A DNA stretch of 64,000 bases from the human T2T-CHM13v2.0 reference genome, Homo sapiens: the NCBI RefSeq assembly GCF_009914755.1, contig NC_060941.1, one strand, 5' to 3'. How positions within the stretch are numbered: position 1 is the first letter of the stretch; each line of letters begins with the position of its first letter. The position numbers and the translations under genes were made by a program. Shown one piece after another: positions 31,928 through 47,308 of this stretch. The notes under the pieces are model-generated. The model had not been told where the DNA came from. It ran no database searches and worked only from the letters and a program-made list of their open reading frames with translations.

Positions 31928-32029
31928 CAAAATTTTCTTTATTTTTAAATAGATTTGATAATTTTTAAACATTGAGACTTATGTGCATCCACACATAAAG
32001 AGTTAAATGTGTGGGATCAAGCCACCATC

Positions 32030-32600
32030 TTTACTCAAGTATAAACTGCAGTGCACATAGGATTCGTCTGACCAGCAGACTTCCCTCAGGAAACCACTCC
32101 CTTGTTCCTCATCCATGTGTTTTAGTGGGGCTCAGGTCATGCTCACTACCACAGAAGTGAACACAAGACCTACATCTGACCAATCAGTTGTCCAGTCCCC
32201 ACTCACATTGGTCTGGAGATGAACACGTGATCCAGGGGGAGCGTCTTCCCTAGAACCTGGCTTTATAGGAGCTATGAGAAAGGATGGTCCTCCTTCTCAG
32301 GGGTCATGGGCTCTACGGACCATATGGGCTGGTGGCTGCTGGAGGCCATCTTGCCTATGATCTATGGCAGGAAGCTATCTGAGAAAGTTGCCAGGCAGAG
32401 GCAACAATTTCCACGATATGAATAGAGAGACAGAATCCTGACACTGATGTTACCGGCTCTGTTACTATATGTGCCTGATGCCAGATCTTTCTTGGATATT
32501 CCATTTACATTTGTAATGTAATTGCTAATAAATTATCTACCTCATTTAAGGTACTTTGGTCTAGATTTCTGTCACTTGCATGCAAAGTTGTGCTGACCTT
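32030..32600 (+). mobile_element. Old MaLR LTR (MLT1J/K-like)
   Basis: gaccaatcag, gccatcttgcc and aataaatt...ttctgtcacttgca motifs. Confidence 0.65.
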
Positions 32601-34090
32601 TTTATAACTGCAGCCCACCTTCTTCTCATTTCTCTTATCTCCTCATCGATGAACATTTTTAATAACTTTCATATTCCACCTGATTTATATGAATTACATG
32701 TTCTACTCCATATTTCCTATGCTAGCTGCCAATCACTATGAACAAAATAACAAGAAGGGGTGGATTGAATGAAACTAATATTTACTGAGCACATGTCATG
32801 TGTCAGGACACATACTGGGCCCTTTATCTCAATTACCTTATTTAATTTTCACAGCCATCCTTTGTTATTAATTCTCACAACCACTCTAAGGTTGCTATTA
32901 TTTTCACAGTTTTATGAATGAAGACCCCCAAAGTTTCTAAAATGAAGTCTAAAATCTTTTTGCCATAATCACTTGCTTCCTCTTCCCTTCCCCCTTAATT
33001 TATCTCACAGGGATGAAATGTAATAAAGTCAGGTTAACACGACACAGTGCAGAACGCTACATTGCCACCCTTAGGTTTCGTGAAAATCTTTGATCTTTTG
33101 TACTATCTTTCTTTGATAAAAATACATATGTTTTTGTATATTAAAACTTTTTAAATTGGGATATGCCTATGATTGATTATACATTTGATGAATCAATTCC
33201 TTTTTCTTGAGGAGTTCTTATCAAGTCAATGGCACATTATACAGTAGAGCCATGTGAGAGTTAAGGAAACAAGGCAATGAACTCCTTCTACCGAAGCCAA
33301 ATTATGCTACTTATTTATGCCTCAGAGTGAATGAGTTCATCTGATGGTTTCTCAGCTCCCAGTCAACAGATATTAGGCACAGAAGCCTTTGGAGTGGAGA
33401 AGGGAGTGATACATCTCCTAACCAGGGCATTCCCGAAAGAAGTATTTAATCACCATCATTTGCCCAAAAGGTGCTGTGAAAATGCCAGGAGACTGAGAAC
33501 TCAGAGTTCGGAGAAGGTTGTGGGCTCTAGGAGGTGTGCAAAGGTGCTAGAAGTGCTTCTAGAAGGACAGAGGAAAACAGAAGGCAATGCACCTATGAAG
33601 TCATCATGGCTCCAGGCCACCCCTGCCCTGGAATTTCTTTTGGGCATTCTGCTTGATATTCGCATAAGAACTTTAATTTATAGCACCTGAGATTTTTTCT
33701 ATAAAATGTTAGCTGTCATTTACAGATGCAGGCTTTTAAAAAGGGATAAACATGAACTCCAATCTATGAATGTAAAACCCATCATTTTTGTTGTTCTCTG
33801 GCTTTATTCCATGTGTCTATGACCAAGGTGTTTTTCTCTCATTGGTCATAGTCCATGGCATAATGTCCTGGCCTTATATCACTATTGACTCCTACATTAA
33901 CTTAATGACTATTTTAAATAGCATCCTTTCAATGATCTAATTTGATTCTCACTGTCCTGTTGCAAGATAAGGAGGGTAAATTTTATTATCCCCCTTTTTA
34001 CTCAGTTGACTTCCCCAGAGTAGACTCTCAGTGACTATTTATTGAATACATGAATACATAAAAATGAAGACACTGATTGAGAGACGTGCA

Positions 34091-34112
34091 TGTGTGTGTG
34101 TGTGTGTGTGTG
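34091..34112. repeat. (TG)n microsatellite
   Basis: Visible dinucleotide run. Confidence 0.9.
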
Positions 34113-35489
34113 TTATTTGCCCTAGGTCATACTGGACATCAAAAGCGGAATCCAACCTTGCTGGTATCCAGCCAGAATATTTTGCCTGCAAATAATAGTC
34201 TTTCCTGAGTCTCAACCTGCCCATCATCCTGGCAAAGGATCAAAATGACCCCAAGGTGAATGACGCAGGAATCAAATGGAGGAGAAAGTAAGTTCTTTCA
34301 CAGCTCTGGGTCTTCAGAGCCAAGTCACATACTGGGAAATGCCGGTGACACAGATGATGACTCTCAGCCTTATCACCAGGCCGATAGGAGGGAGGGCAGA
34401 AGTCTCCACTCTAGAGAACTGAATCTCTTGATCTTCTGTGAGATAATACTTTTAATTTTCATCAGTGCAAGAGCATGTCTCAAACCAGAAGGGGTTTGCC
34501 TAATTCATCATGCTCCCAGGCCACACAATGGGACCCCTGACAAGCAGAACATTGGAGAGGGAAAGAAATGGACATCATGAATTCTCATGAATTGCAAATG
34601 CTTCTTCATTAAAGGATGTTGTCTTGCTTGGGACCATCTGCTTGATATAACTGGGTCCAGGTTCTCGGGCTGGAAACATCTGCCACTTTAATAATTTTAC
34701 CTCTTAATTAAAGCACAACAAAAAGGAGGCCAAACATAGCTATGACCCTGGACATATCAGAGTTTAGGCACATAGACTGGAGAACACACTCACGTTGGTT
34801 CTATGTGAATGAGAACACACAGGTGTGCTGTTCACTCAATGCATGCACTCCCTACCCAGATGAAACAAATTTAGGTAATTGAATCCTCTATCCCATTGAC
34901 TTGAAGTACTATTTCAAAGGCACTTTGTCTTGAGTTTAATTGATCTTCCACTGGTAGGGCCTCCTGACCAGTTGTCTTTAAGCTACTCTGCCCTGCAGCA
35001 TCTTGGTCAAGTAGTTAATGATCTATAAATAAACACTTTAATGCACTAGGGGAGATGCTATTTAAAGAAACCCCACAGCTAATCCTTTTATACCACAAAG
35101 AATTCTTCTGTAATGCAAACAGTCACCCTTTAATTGGTCTATTTTGTAAGTTCAGCTTTTCATATCAATTTTCACATACATCATCAAAGAAATAGCGTGC
35201 AGAAACACTCTAGTGTGTACACAGTAAAGCAATAGACAAATGGTAGATGACAGTAGTATTTCTCAGTTGGGGAGGCACCCACATCATTTTGAACTCAGGT
35301 CAAACTATAAGCATGCCACAGAGATTCTGACTCTACATCTATCTTTCCTTTCCCCACACTCCCCACTCCATTAGTCTGAAATCTCTCAAGAGCTTAGATG
35401 CCTGCATTTCTTTTATTTCTCATGTTGTCTTATATTGGGTTATGCTCCTTGAGATTGTGCCAAAGTGATTGAGCAGTAAGTCCCATCAT

Positions 35490-36300
<811 letters not shown>

Positions 36301-36619
36301 GTCATAAGAGGTATTTACATAAGGGAAAGGAAGAATACCATGTTCCAATGGACTGGGAAACAGAAGACCATCATATTCTGTTCAGCTCCTTATTCTCTGA
36401 AGAAAAAAGAATGAATGCTTCTAAAACCCAAGGCAGCATTAAGAGCCTCTTCCTAAAGTGTCAGTGAGGACCCTAAGGACCCTTAGAGATCATGGCCCAA
36501 CATCCTCACTGAACAGTTGTACCCTGAATAAATTCTGGGATTCTATGCAGTTCAAGCTCAGGGAAATGTGCAGCCATCAAAGGTAATTTTTGAAAAATCA
36601 TTTAAATATTTATTTGAAA

Positions 36620-37065
36620 TGTGAAAGTTGTCAGAATTGAAATAAAGTCACTCATGTTAAGAAACCCCTGACAAATAGAGTCAGGGAAGGCCACAAAGAG
36701 AGGGTTCTTATGCTTATTTGCCTGTTAATGAAAAAGACTATAAAACCTCACCTTACATAAAGGTCATCACAATTTCATACAAAAAAAAAAAAAAAACTTC
36801 TGCAAGGACATCTGTCCAGCAGCTCTCTGTCCAACCTCAGACTGGCATTATCCTTGTTATTGATCCTTGTAGCCAAGGATAATTATTTTAAGACAAACAT
36901 GTAATCCTCCTCACTTTTTCCTCTAAAAACTTTTATCTTCCTTTACCTCGGGTTACCTCCTTGAATACACACATAGTTTACAATGGCATGTGTATTGCCA
37001 CTGCAATCCTCTATTCTTAAACATCTTTTATTTTAGAGAGTCTATTTCTGTTATTTAGACTGACA
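36620..37065 (+). mobile_element. MER65-like ERV1 solo LTR
   Basis: TGtgaaagttgtcagaat...tgaCA; 4-bp TSD gaaa/gaag. Confidence 0.82.
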
Positions 37066-37116
37066 GAAGAATCATAATGGAGATTAAATGTACAATTCAG
37101 TCAAGACTACTTAAAA

Positions 37117-37199
37117 CTCCTCTCTTCTCTTCTTCTATTCCTCTCTTCTCTCTCTTCTTCTATTCTTCTCTTCTCTCTCTTCTCTTCTTCTATTTTCTC
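37117..37199. repeat. CT-rich low-complexity tract
   Basis: (CTCTT)-like array. Confidence 0.85.
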
Positions 37200-37329
37200 A
37201 CAACCCACCTTTGCTTTATTATTGTTTCTGTTTTTACTGTTCTCTCTCCTTTGTCCCCAAAAGTATCAGACACACTGAGCTTGTAGATTGAACTCTTTCT
37301 TCCTTTACCCAACCATCCCATGCTCTGCC

Positions 37330-37690
37330 ACCCAACTAGAATTCAGCCAAACACTAGTCTAGGTGCTGCTGTGAATGAATTTTGCAGATGTAATTATTAA
37401 CATCCCTAACAAGTCAACTTTAAGTACAAAAGATTACCTGGGTGGGCCTGACCGAATCAGTGGAAGCCACATAAAAGTCCCTGAACAGACTCCAAAGAGC
37501 AATTGGATCTACAATTGTTCTTCTCTCACTGGATCTTCCCTTCTTGACTCTCTGTAAACAACTGCTTTGGCCTGTGTCTCTGAAGTGCTAGCCTGTTCAT
37601 TATCTCTTCTTGACTGCCCGACCTATGAATTTCAGACTTGCTTGGCCGTCCTCACAATTACCAAGCCAATTGCTTGTGATAAGTCTACTT
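37330..37690 (+). mobile_element. MLT2-like ERVL LTR fragment
   Basis: ctaggtgctgctgtgaa...gggtgggcctgaccgaatcagt motifs. Confidence 0.65.
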
Positions 37691-40600
37691 GTATCTAAAT
37701 AAAATTTTAGCAAAAAAAGCCAACAATATATAAAAGGGATAATACATCATGACCAAGTGAAGTTTATCCCAAGAATTCAGGATTGGTTTAATATTTGTAA
37801 GTCAACAATATAATCCTTCATATTAACGAATTGAAAATGAAAAATCACATAATCATCTTGACAGCTGTCAAAAAGATTTGACAAAATTTACCATTAATAC
37901 CTGATATTAAAAACGCTCCTAGCAAAGTATGAATAGAAGAAAATTTCTTCAACCTGATACAGGACATCTGCAAATGATGTATAGTAACATCATACTTAAC
38001 GGTGGAAGGCTGAATACCTTTCTACTATGATCAAGAACAAGCCAGAGATGTATGCTCTCACCACTTCTATTTAACATTGTTAGTGGTGGTCCTAGCCAAT
38101 GCAATAAGGCCTGAAAAAGAAACAAAGGCATCAAGATTATAAATGAAGAAGTACAGTGTTTACTCATAAATGACATCATCATCTACACAGAAAACCTGAT
38201 GGAATCCACAAAAAAAGCTACTACGTGGGGGAAGCAGCCAAAATGGTTGAATAGAAACAGCTCTGGTCTGTGGCTCCCACTGGGAAGAACGAAAACAGCA
38301 AGTGAGTTCTGCATCTTCAATTGAGGTACCCAGGTTCTCTCATGGGGACTGACCAGGCAGTTGGTGCAACCCATGGAGAATGAGGAAAAGTGGAGTGGAG
38401 TGAGGGCTTACCCAGGAGCTGCAAGGGGCAACAGAAACTCCCTCCCACAGCCAAGACAGGTAGTGAGGGATTGTGCTACTCCACCCTGAAAACCTTGCTT
38501 TCCCCACAGAGCTTTGCAACCTTTGGATCAGGAGGTCTCTTCATGAGCCCAACACCACCAGGAACTTGGGTCCCAAGCACAGAGCTGTGCAGACTCATGG
38601 CAGTTGCTTGAGTGGGCAGCCACTCAGTCAGGCACTGAGACACAGGAGTCTGCATATTCTGGCTCTGGGAACTCCAGTGACACAGGAGATCTGTCCACAC
38701 CCCTGGGAAGGAGGCTGAAACCAGGGAGCCAAGTGTCCCCATTCAGCAGGCCCCACTCCCAAGGAACTCCACAAGCTAAAACTCACTGGCTTGGAATCCC
38801 CCCTGACCAGCACAGCAAGCTGGAGACTGCTTAAGAAGACCAAGTTCTGGGGGGGCAGGGAGGGGTGGCCACCATCACTGTGGCTCCATTTGGCCATTTT
38901 TCCTGCTGCCAGTGCCAGCAAGACTAGGCAGTTTGGACCAGGAGCAATTCTCCACAGCACAGCACAGCAGCTGTGATGGTTCATGTCCAGACTGCTTCTT
39001 TAAGTGGGACCCCGACCCATTCTTCCTCACCAGGAAGGGTCTCCCTTCAGGAGTTTTAACATCCCCAGCCAGGGGTTTATGGACAAATCTCTGATCTCCC
39101 TGAAAGAAGCCCATAGGAGGAGGGGTGGCAGCAGTATCATGGATCAGTAGTCTTAGTCTTTTCTGCCTTCCAGATCTAGAGAGTCAAGGCAGCCCAGACA
39201 AGGGGGATTCCTCCCAGTGAGGCAAACCTGCTCTGCCAAGGGGCTGCCAAACTGCTTATTTAAGCAGGTCTCTGATCCCATTCCTCCTGACTGGGTGAGA
39301 TCCCCCAACAGGGGTCTCCAGACACCTCATACAGGACCATTCCAGTGGGCATCAGGTTGGTACCCCTCTAAGACAGAGCTCTGAGAGGAAGGGGCAGGTT
39401 GCTATCTTTGCTATTCTGCAGCCTCCACTGGCGATACCTGCAGGGGCAAGAGGAATCCAGGCAAATAGGGTCTGAAGTGGACTCCCAGCAAACTGCAACA
39501 GCTCCGTGGAAGAGGGCCCTGTCTGCTAAAAGAAAAACAAATAGAAAGAAACATCGATGAAAAATGCCCCACAAAAACCCCATCCAAAGGTCAGCAGCCT
39601 CAAAGGTCAAAGATAAATAAACCCATGAAGATGAAAAAGAATCAATGCAAAAACACTGAAAACTCAAAAAGCCAGAGTGCCTCTTCTCCTCCAAATGATT
39701 ACAGCATGTCTCCAGCAAGGGCACAGAACTGGTATGAGGCTGAGATGGATGAACTGACAGAAGTAGGCTTCAGAAGACAGTAATAAAAAACCTTGCTGAG
39801 CTAAAGGAGTATGTTCTAACTTATTGCAAAGAAGCTAAGAACCATGATAAAACATTACAGGGGCCATTAACCAGAATAACCAGTTTAGAGAGGAACATAA
39901 ATGATCTGATGGAGCTGAAACACAATACAAGAACTTCACAATGCAAACATAAGTATCAAAAGTCAAATAGACCAAGAGGGGAAAGGATATCAGAGCTCGA
40001 AGACTATCTTGCTGAAATAAGGCAGGAAGGCAAGATTAGAGGAAAAAAAGAATGAAAAGGAATGAACAAAACCTCTGAGAACTATGGAATTATGTAAAAA
40101 GATCAAACCTGTGACTGATTAGGGGTACCTGAAAGAGATGGGGAGAATGGGACCAAGTCGGAAAACACACTGCAGGATATCATCCAAGAAAAATTTCCCA
40201 ACCTAGCAAGACAGGCCAACATTCAAATTCAGGAAATCCAGAGAATCCTGGTAAGATACTCCAGAGAAGATCAACCCCAAGACACATAATCATCAGATTC
40301 TCCAATGTTGAAATGAAGGAAAATATGTTAAGGGCAGCCAAAGAGAAAGGCCAGGTCACCTACAAAGGGAATCCCAGCAGACTAACGGCAGACCTCTCAG
40401 CAGAAACCCTACAAGCCAGAAGAAGTTGGGGGTCAATATTCAACATTCTTAAAGAAAAGAATTTCCAACCTAGAATTTCATATCCAGCCAAACTAACCTT
40501 TATAAGTGAAGGAGAAATAAAACTTTTTCAGACAAGCAAATGCTGAGGGAATTCATCACCAGCAGGCCTGCCTTGCAAGAGCTCCTGGAGGAAGCACTAA

Positions 40601-41640
40601 ATATGGAAAGGAAAAACCATTACCAGCCACTACAAAAACACACTGAAGTACACAGACCAATGACACTATGAAGCAACTACATAAACAAGTCTGCAAAATA
40701 ATCAGCTAGCATCACGATGACAGAATCAAATTCACACATAACAATATTAACCTTAAATGCAAATGGGCTAAACACCCCAATTAAAAGACACAGAATGGCA
40801 TGCTGGATAAAGAGTCAAGATCCTCCAGTGTGCTGTATTCAAGAGACCCGTCTCACATGCAAAGACAGGCATAGGCTCAAAATAAAGGAGTGGAGGAAAA
40901 TTTACCAAGCAAATGGAAAACAGAAAAAAAGCAGGGGTTGTAATCCTAGTTTCTGGCAAAACAGACCTTAAGCCAGCAAAGATAAAAATAAAGACAAAGA
41001 AGGGCATTACATAATGATAATATGATAAGGGCAATTCAACAAGAAGAGCTAACTATTCTAAATATATATGCACACAATACAGGAATACCCAGATTTATAA
41101 AACAAGTTCTTAGAAACCTAAAAAGAGACTCAGACTCCCACACAATAATAGTGGGACACTGTAACACCCCACTGTCAATATTAGAGAGATCATTGAGACA
41201 GAAAATTAACAAAAATATTCAAGACTCAAATTCAGCCTTGGTTCAAGTGGACCTGATAGGTATCTACAGAACCCTCCACCCAAAAACAACAGAATATACA
41301 TTCTTCTTGGCACCACAGGCATTTATTATAAAATTGATCACATAATTGGAACTAAATCACTCCTCAGCAAATGCAATAGAACTGAAATAATAATAAATAG
41401 TCTCTCAGACCATAGCACAATTAAATTAGAACTCAAGATTAAGACACTCACTCAAAACCACACAACTACATGGAAATTGAACAATGTGCTCCTGAATGAC
41501 TCCTGGTTAAACAATGAAATTAAGGAAAAATCAAGAAGTTCTTTGAAACTATTGAGAACAAAGAGACAATGTACCAGCTAAAGCTGTGTTAAGAGAGAAA
41601 TTTATAATACTAAATGCCCACATCAAAAAGCTAGAAACAT

Positions 41641-43937
41641 GCAATATAGAGGACATAAAAGATACAGTTTGACCCTGTATTTTTCCCTTAGAATAGTTCC
41701 TTCCATAAATAAGACTTTATTTTTACATATAGATTGTCCTATAGCTGGTCTTGGATCATAAAGTTAATTATATAGTTGATAAAAATCTAGACCACACATT
41801 TTTGTGGTCTTTTGTCACCCTAGACCACACACAAAAAAACATTCTCCAAGTGGATGCTCAGGTCAGACTGATACTTTTAAACAAAGACATTTACTGAAGC
41901 TTAGAATGTAAAGCACACAACTATTTGCAGCAGCAATAGTCTTTCAAAAATGACTAAAACAAACTTTAAATATAAGGCATATAAAACAGACTATTAAGGA
42001 TAGTTTTCCAAACTGTATCTAGAAATACAGGAAAATATGTATTGCCTCGTAATAAAGTTAAATAAATATTCTTTCTCACTTCTATAAACACAATAAGAGG
42101 TTATAGTTTTATTTGGTTCCCATAAGTTAAAAACTCTGATTGCTTTTACATAAATTCCTCCAAATTCTTAGCTACTCTCAGATTTTTATTAATGCCTTTT
42201 CACAAAACACAGAGATTATCTCTAACTTCCTTTCAGAAATGTGCTTTTTCATTGGTTTAAATAAGTATACTTAATTTTCTAGCAATAAACATGATTTAAA
42301 ATTTAAGGTTCAAGGTAATTCTAGAAAAAGGTAGATACTGTCTATTTCTGTTACACAATTTGTTATTTCTTCAAATTTCCTATAGCAGCATGATAAATCA
42401 TCAAAGAACCTGTTTGAGATACAAAACTTTGGTAGAAAATATTTGATGAGTATCTTGATTATAACCTAGAATATGTATATATTAGTAAAATAACCAGATA
42501 TACTACAGAACTCTCTTTTGGCTCAAACAGTTTGACCTCAATCCACGTTTACTCTTGATATCACTCTATTGGCTGAAGGAGGAAACTCAAACCTCAGGGT
42601 TTGTTTTTCCCAGGACAGATAGTAGTGATAGTGCATTATATTTTAATAAGAAAAACAAACCAGTAAACCTTGAGAAATTTTAAAAAGCATAGTTGAGTCA
42701 TATTTTTTCATAATTATATACTTATCTATTTATTGCCCATGGAAAATATATGTATAGAAGTATTTCTTCTGTTATTTGTTACTATCTTCTTAATTTGTTC
42801 CAAAGATAATACTGCCATACTGAATTCCCTCTGGAAGGAAACAAAACAAAACTCACTCAAAACCAGCAGTGCTGCTATCAGATAAGTAGATGTCAATGTA
42901 TACTTACAAGGAAAGCCTAAAAAATTTAATGTGTTAATTCAGCCCTTTTCTTTTTTTTTTTTTAATTTACTTGTACTTTTTTTTTTATTATTATACTTTA
43001 AGTTCTAGGGTACAAGTGCACAATGTGCAGGTTTGATACATAGGTATACATGTGCCATGTTGGTTTGCTGCACCCATCAACTCATCATTTACATTAGGTA
43101 TTTCTCCTAATGCTATCCCTCTGCAACCCCCAACCTGCTGACAGGCCCCAGTGTGTGATGTTCCCCGCCCTGTGTCCAAGTGTTCTCATTGTTCGATTCC
43201 CACCTATGAGTGAGAACATGCAGTGTTTGGTTTTCTGTCTTTGTGATAGTTTGCTGAGAATTATGGTTTCCAGCTTCATCCATGTCCCTGCAAAGGACAT
43301 GAACTCATCCTTTTTTATGGCTGCATAGTATTCCATGGTGTATATGTGCCATATTTTCTTAATCCAGTCTATCATTGATGGACATTTGTGTTGGTTCCAA
43401 GTCTTTACTATTGTGAATAGTGCCACAATAAACATATGTGTGCATGTGTCTTTATAGTAGCATGATTTATAATCCTTTGGGTATATACCCAGTAATGGGA
43501 TTGCTGGATCAAATGGTATTTCTAGTTCTAGATCCTTGAGGAATCGCCACACTGTCTTCCACGATAGTTGAACTAATTTACACTCCCACCAACAGTGTAA
43601 AAGTGTTCCTATTTCTCCACATCCTCTCCAGCATCTGTTGTTTCCTGACTTTTTAATGATCGCCATCCTAATTGACGTGAGATGGTATCTTATTTTGGTT
43701 TTGATTTGGATTTCTCTGATCACCAGTGATGATGAGCATTTTTTCATGTGTCTATTGGCAATTCAGCCCTTTTCTATGTAATATTTCCAAGTCAGACTTT
43801 CTTACATTCCTGGAATTTAGTTTGATATACCAAGAATAATAATGATAAAAATAATGATAAAATATTTGCTTTGATTACCATGGGGGGGTGAATGAAATGT
43901 TTAATTGTATTAAAACAAACAAACTTTTCAGAGAAAA
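41641..43937 (+). pseudogene. Retroposed mRNA 3'UTR fragment (5'-truncated processed pseudogene, parent unidentified), split by an L1
   Basis: Non-L1 AT-rich sequence interrupts L1 ORF2. 16-bp TSD AAAAAGCTAGAAACAT at 41625-41640 and 43938-43953; ATTAAA at 43909-43914, 19 nt before an A-run starting at 43934. Confidence 0.85.
42952..43759 (-). mobile_element. 5'-truncated younger L1PA (PA4-6-like)
   Basis: ORF2 C-terminus and 3'UTR antisense; TSD AATTCAGCCCTTTTCT at 42936-42951 and 43760-43775. Confidence 0.96.
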
Positions 43938-46900
43938 AAAAAGCTAGAAACATCTCAAGTTAACAACCTAACATCAAAGCTAAAAAAACTGGAGAACCAA
44001 GAGCAAACAAACACCAAAGCTAGCACAAGGCAAGAAATAACCAAGCTCAGAGTGAAATTGAAGGAGATAGAGACACAAAAAAAACTTTCAAAAAATCAGT
44101 GAATCCAGGAGCTGGCTTTTTGAAAAAAATTAATGAAATAGACTCCTAGCTAGAATAATAAAGAAGAAAAGAGAGAAGAATTAAATAGACACAATAAAAA
44201 AATGATTGTAGGGATATCACCACTTACCCCACAGAAAAACAAACAACCATCAGAGAATACTATAAACACCTCTATGCAAATGAACTAAAAAATCTAGAAC
44301 AAAGAATAAAGTCCTGGTCACATACACCCTCCCAAGACTGAACCAGGAAGAAGTCAATTCCCTGAATACTCCAATAACAAGTTCTGAAATTAAGGCAGTA
44401 ATAAATAGCCTACCAACCAAGAAAAGCTCAGGACCAGATGGATTTACAGCTGAATTCTATCAGAGGTATGAAAAGGAGATAACATCCTTGCTTATGAAAC
44501 TATTCGAAACAATTGAAAGGGAGGGACTCCTCCCTAATTCATTTTATGAGGCCAGCATCATCCTGATACCAAAGCCTGGCAGATATACAACAAAAATAGA
44601 AAACTTCAAGCCAATATCCGTGACGAACATCGATGCAAAAATTCTCAATAAAATACTGGCAAACCAAATAGAGGAGCACATCAAAAATCTTATTCACCAT
44701 GATCAAGTCAGCTGCATACCTGGGGTACAACACTGGTTCAACATACGCAAATCAATAAACATAATTTATCGCATAAACAGAACCAATGACAAAACCACAT
44801 GATTATCTCAATAGATGCAGAAAAGGCCTTCAATAAAATTCAACATCCCTTCATGTTTAAAACTCTCAGTAAACTAAGTATTGATGGAACATAACTCAAA
44901 ATAATGAGAGATGTTTATGACAAACCCACAGCCAACATAATACTAAATGCACAAAAGCTGGAAGCATTCCCCTTGAAAACCAACACAAGGATGCCCTCCC
45001 TCACCACTCCTATTCAACATAGTATTGGAATTTCTGGCCAGGGTAATCAGGCAAGAGAAAGAAATAAAGGGTATTCAAATAGGGAGAGAGGAAGTCAAGC
45101 TCTCTTTGTTTGCAGATAACATGATCCTATATCTAGAAAACCCCATCGCCTCAGCCCAAAAGCATCTTAAGCTGATAAGCAACTTGAGCAAAGTCTCAGG
45201 ATACAAAATTAGCGTGCAATAGACACAAGCATTCCTATGCACCAACAACAGACAAGCAGAGACCCAAATCATGAATGAACTCCCATTCACAATTGTCACA
45301 AAGAGAGTAAAATACCTAGGAATACAGCTAACAAGGGAAGTGAAGGACCTCTTCAAGGAGAACTACAAACTATTGCTCAGGGAAATTAGAGAGAACACAA
45401 ACAAACGGAAAAACATTCCATGTTTATGGATAGGAAGAATCAATATCATGAAAGTGGCCATAATGCCCACAGTAATTTATAGATTAAATGCTATACTCAT
45501 TAAACTACCATTGACATTCTTCATGGAATTAGAAGAAACTATTTTAATATTCATATGGAACCAAAAAAGAGCTCACATACCCAAGACAATCCTAAGCAAA
45601 AAGAACAAAGCTGGAGACATCACGCTCCAATGGAACAGAATAGAGAACTCAGAAATAAGACCACACATCTACAACCATCTGATCTTCGACAAACCTGACA
45701 AAAACAAGCAATGGTGAAAGGATCCCCTATTTAATAAATGGTGCTGGGAGAACTGGCTAGCCATATGCAGAAAATTGAGACTGGACCCCTTCCTTACACC
45801 TGATACAAATATTAACTCAAGATGGACTAAAGACTTAAATGTAAAACCCAAAACTATAAATATCCTAGCAAAAAATCTAGGCAATACCAATGAGGACACA
45901 GGCATGGGCAAAGATTTCATGATGAAATCACCAAAAGCAATTGCAACAAAAGCAAAAATTCACAAATGGGATCTAATTAAACTAAAGAGCTTCTGCACTG
46001 CAAAAGAAACTATCATCAGAGCCAACAGGCAACGTACAGAGTGGGAGAAAATTTTTGCAATCTATCCATTTGACAAAGGTCTGATATCCAGAATCTACAA
46101 TGAACTTAAACAAATTTACAAGAAAAAGAAAAACATTAAAAAGTGGGCAAAAGACATGAACAGACACTTCTCAAAAGAAGATATTTATGTGGCCAAGAAA
46201 CATATGAAAAAAAGCTCAACGTCACTGGTCATTAGAGAAATGCAAATCAAAACCACAGTGAGATACTGTCTCACACCAGTCAGAATGGTGATTATTAAAA
46301 AGTCAAGAAACAACAGATGCTGGGAAGGTTGCAGAGAAATAGGAATGCTTTTACACTGTTGGTGGGAATGTAAACTAGTTCAACCATTGTGGAAGATGAT
46401 GTGGTGATTCCTCAAAGATCTAGAACCAGAAAAAGCATTTGACCCAGCAATTCCATTATTGGGTATATACCCGAAGGAATATAAATTATTCCATTACAAA
46501 GATACATGCACATGTATGTTCACTGAAGCACTATTCACAATAGCAAAGACATGGAGTCAACCCAAATGCCCATCAATGATAGACTGGATAAAGAAAATGT
46601 GGTACATATACACTATGGAATACCATGCAGCCATAAAAAGAAACGAGATCATGTCCTTTGTGGGGACATGGATGGAGATGGAAGGCGTTATCCTCTGCAA
46701 ACTAATGCAGAAGCAGAAAACCAAACACTGCATGTTGTTACTTATAAGTGAGAGCTGAACAATGAGAACACATGGACACAGGGAGGAGAACAACACACAA
46801 TGGGGCCTGTCAGGGGGTGGGGTGGGAGGAAGGAGAGCATTAGGAAAAGTAGCTAATGCATGCTGGACTTAATACCTGGGTGACGGGTTAATAGGTGCAG

Positions 46901-47308
46901 CAAACCACCATGGCACACATTTACCTATGTAAGAAACCTGCACATCCTCCACATGTACCCCAGAACTTAAAATTTAAATTTAAATTTAAAAAAAGCTACT
47001 ACAGTTAGTTAGTGGGTTTAGCAAGGTTGTCGCATACAAAGTCACCATACAAAAGTAGTTGCATTTTTATGTACTAACAACAATTACTTGGAAATAAAAA
47101 TTAAAAACTAATGCCATTTACAATTACATCAAAAATATGAAATGCTTAGGAACAAATCTGATTCAGGACATATAAGACATGTGCAATGAAAATTTAAAAC
47201 ATCACTGGGAGAAAAAAGAAAAATCTAAATAAATGAAGAGATATATCTTGTTCATGGATCAAGAGACTCGATTTCATTAGAATGTCAATCATCCTCAGAT
47301 TGGTCTTT

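Larger units (their letters stand above)
38225..46987 (+). mobile_element. Full-length, inactivated L1PA (PA8A-PA11-like)
   Basis: 5'UTR from 38225, broken ORF1 (~39630-40545), broken ORF2 from 40717, 3'UTR; TSD AAAAAAAGCTACTAC at 38210-38224 and 46988-47002. Confidence 0.95.

Noticed and set aside
38225-46987. Retrotransposition-competent L1
   Set aside because: Both ORFs carry many stops and frameshifts, small deletions and a 2.3-kb insertion.
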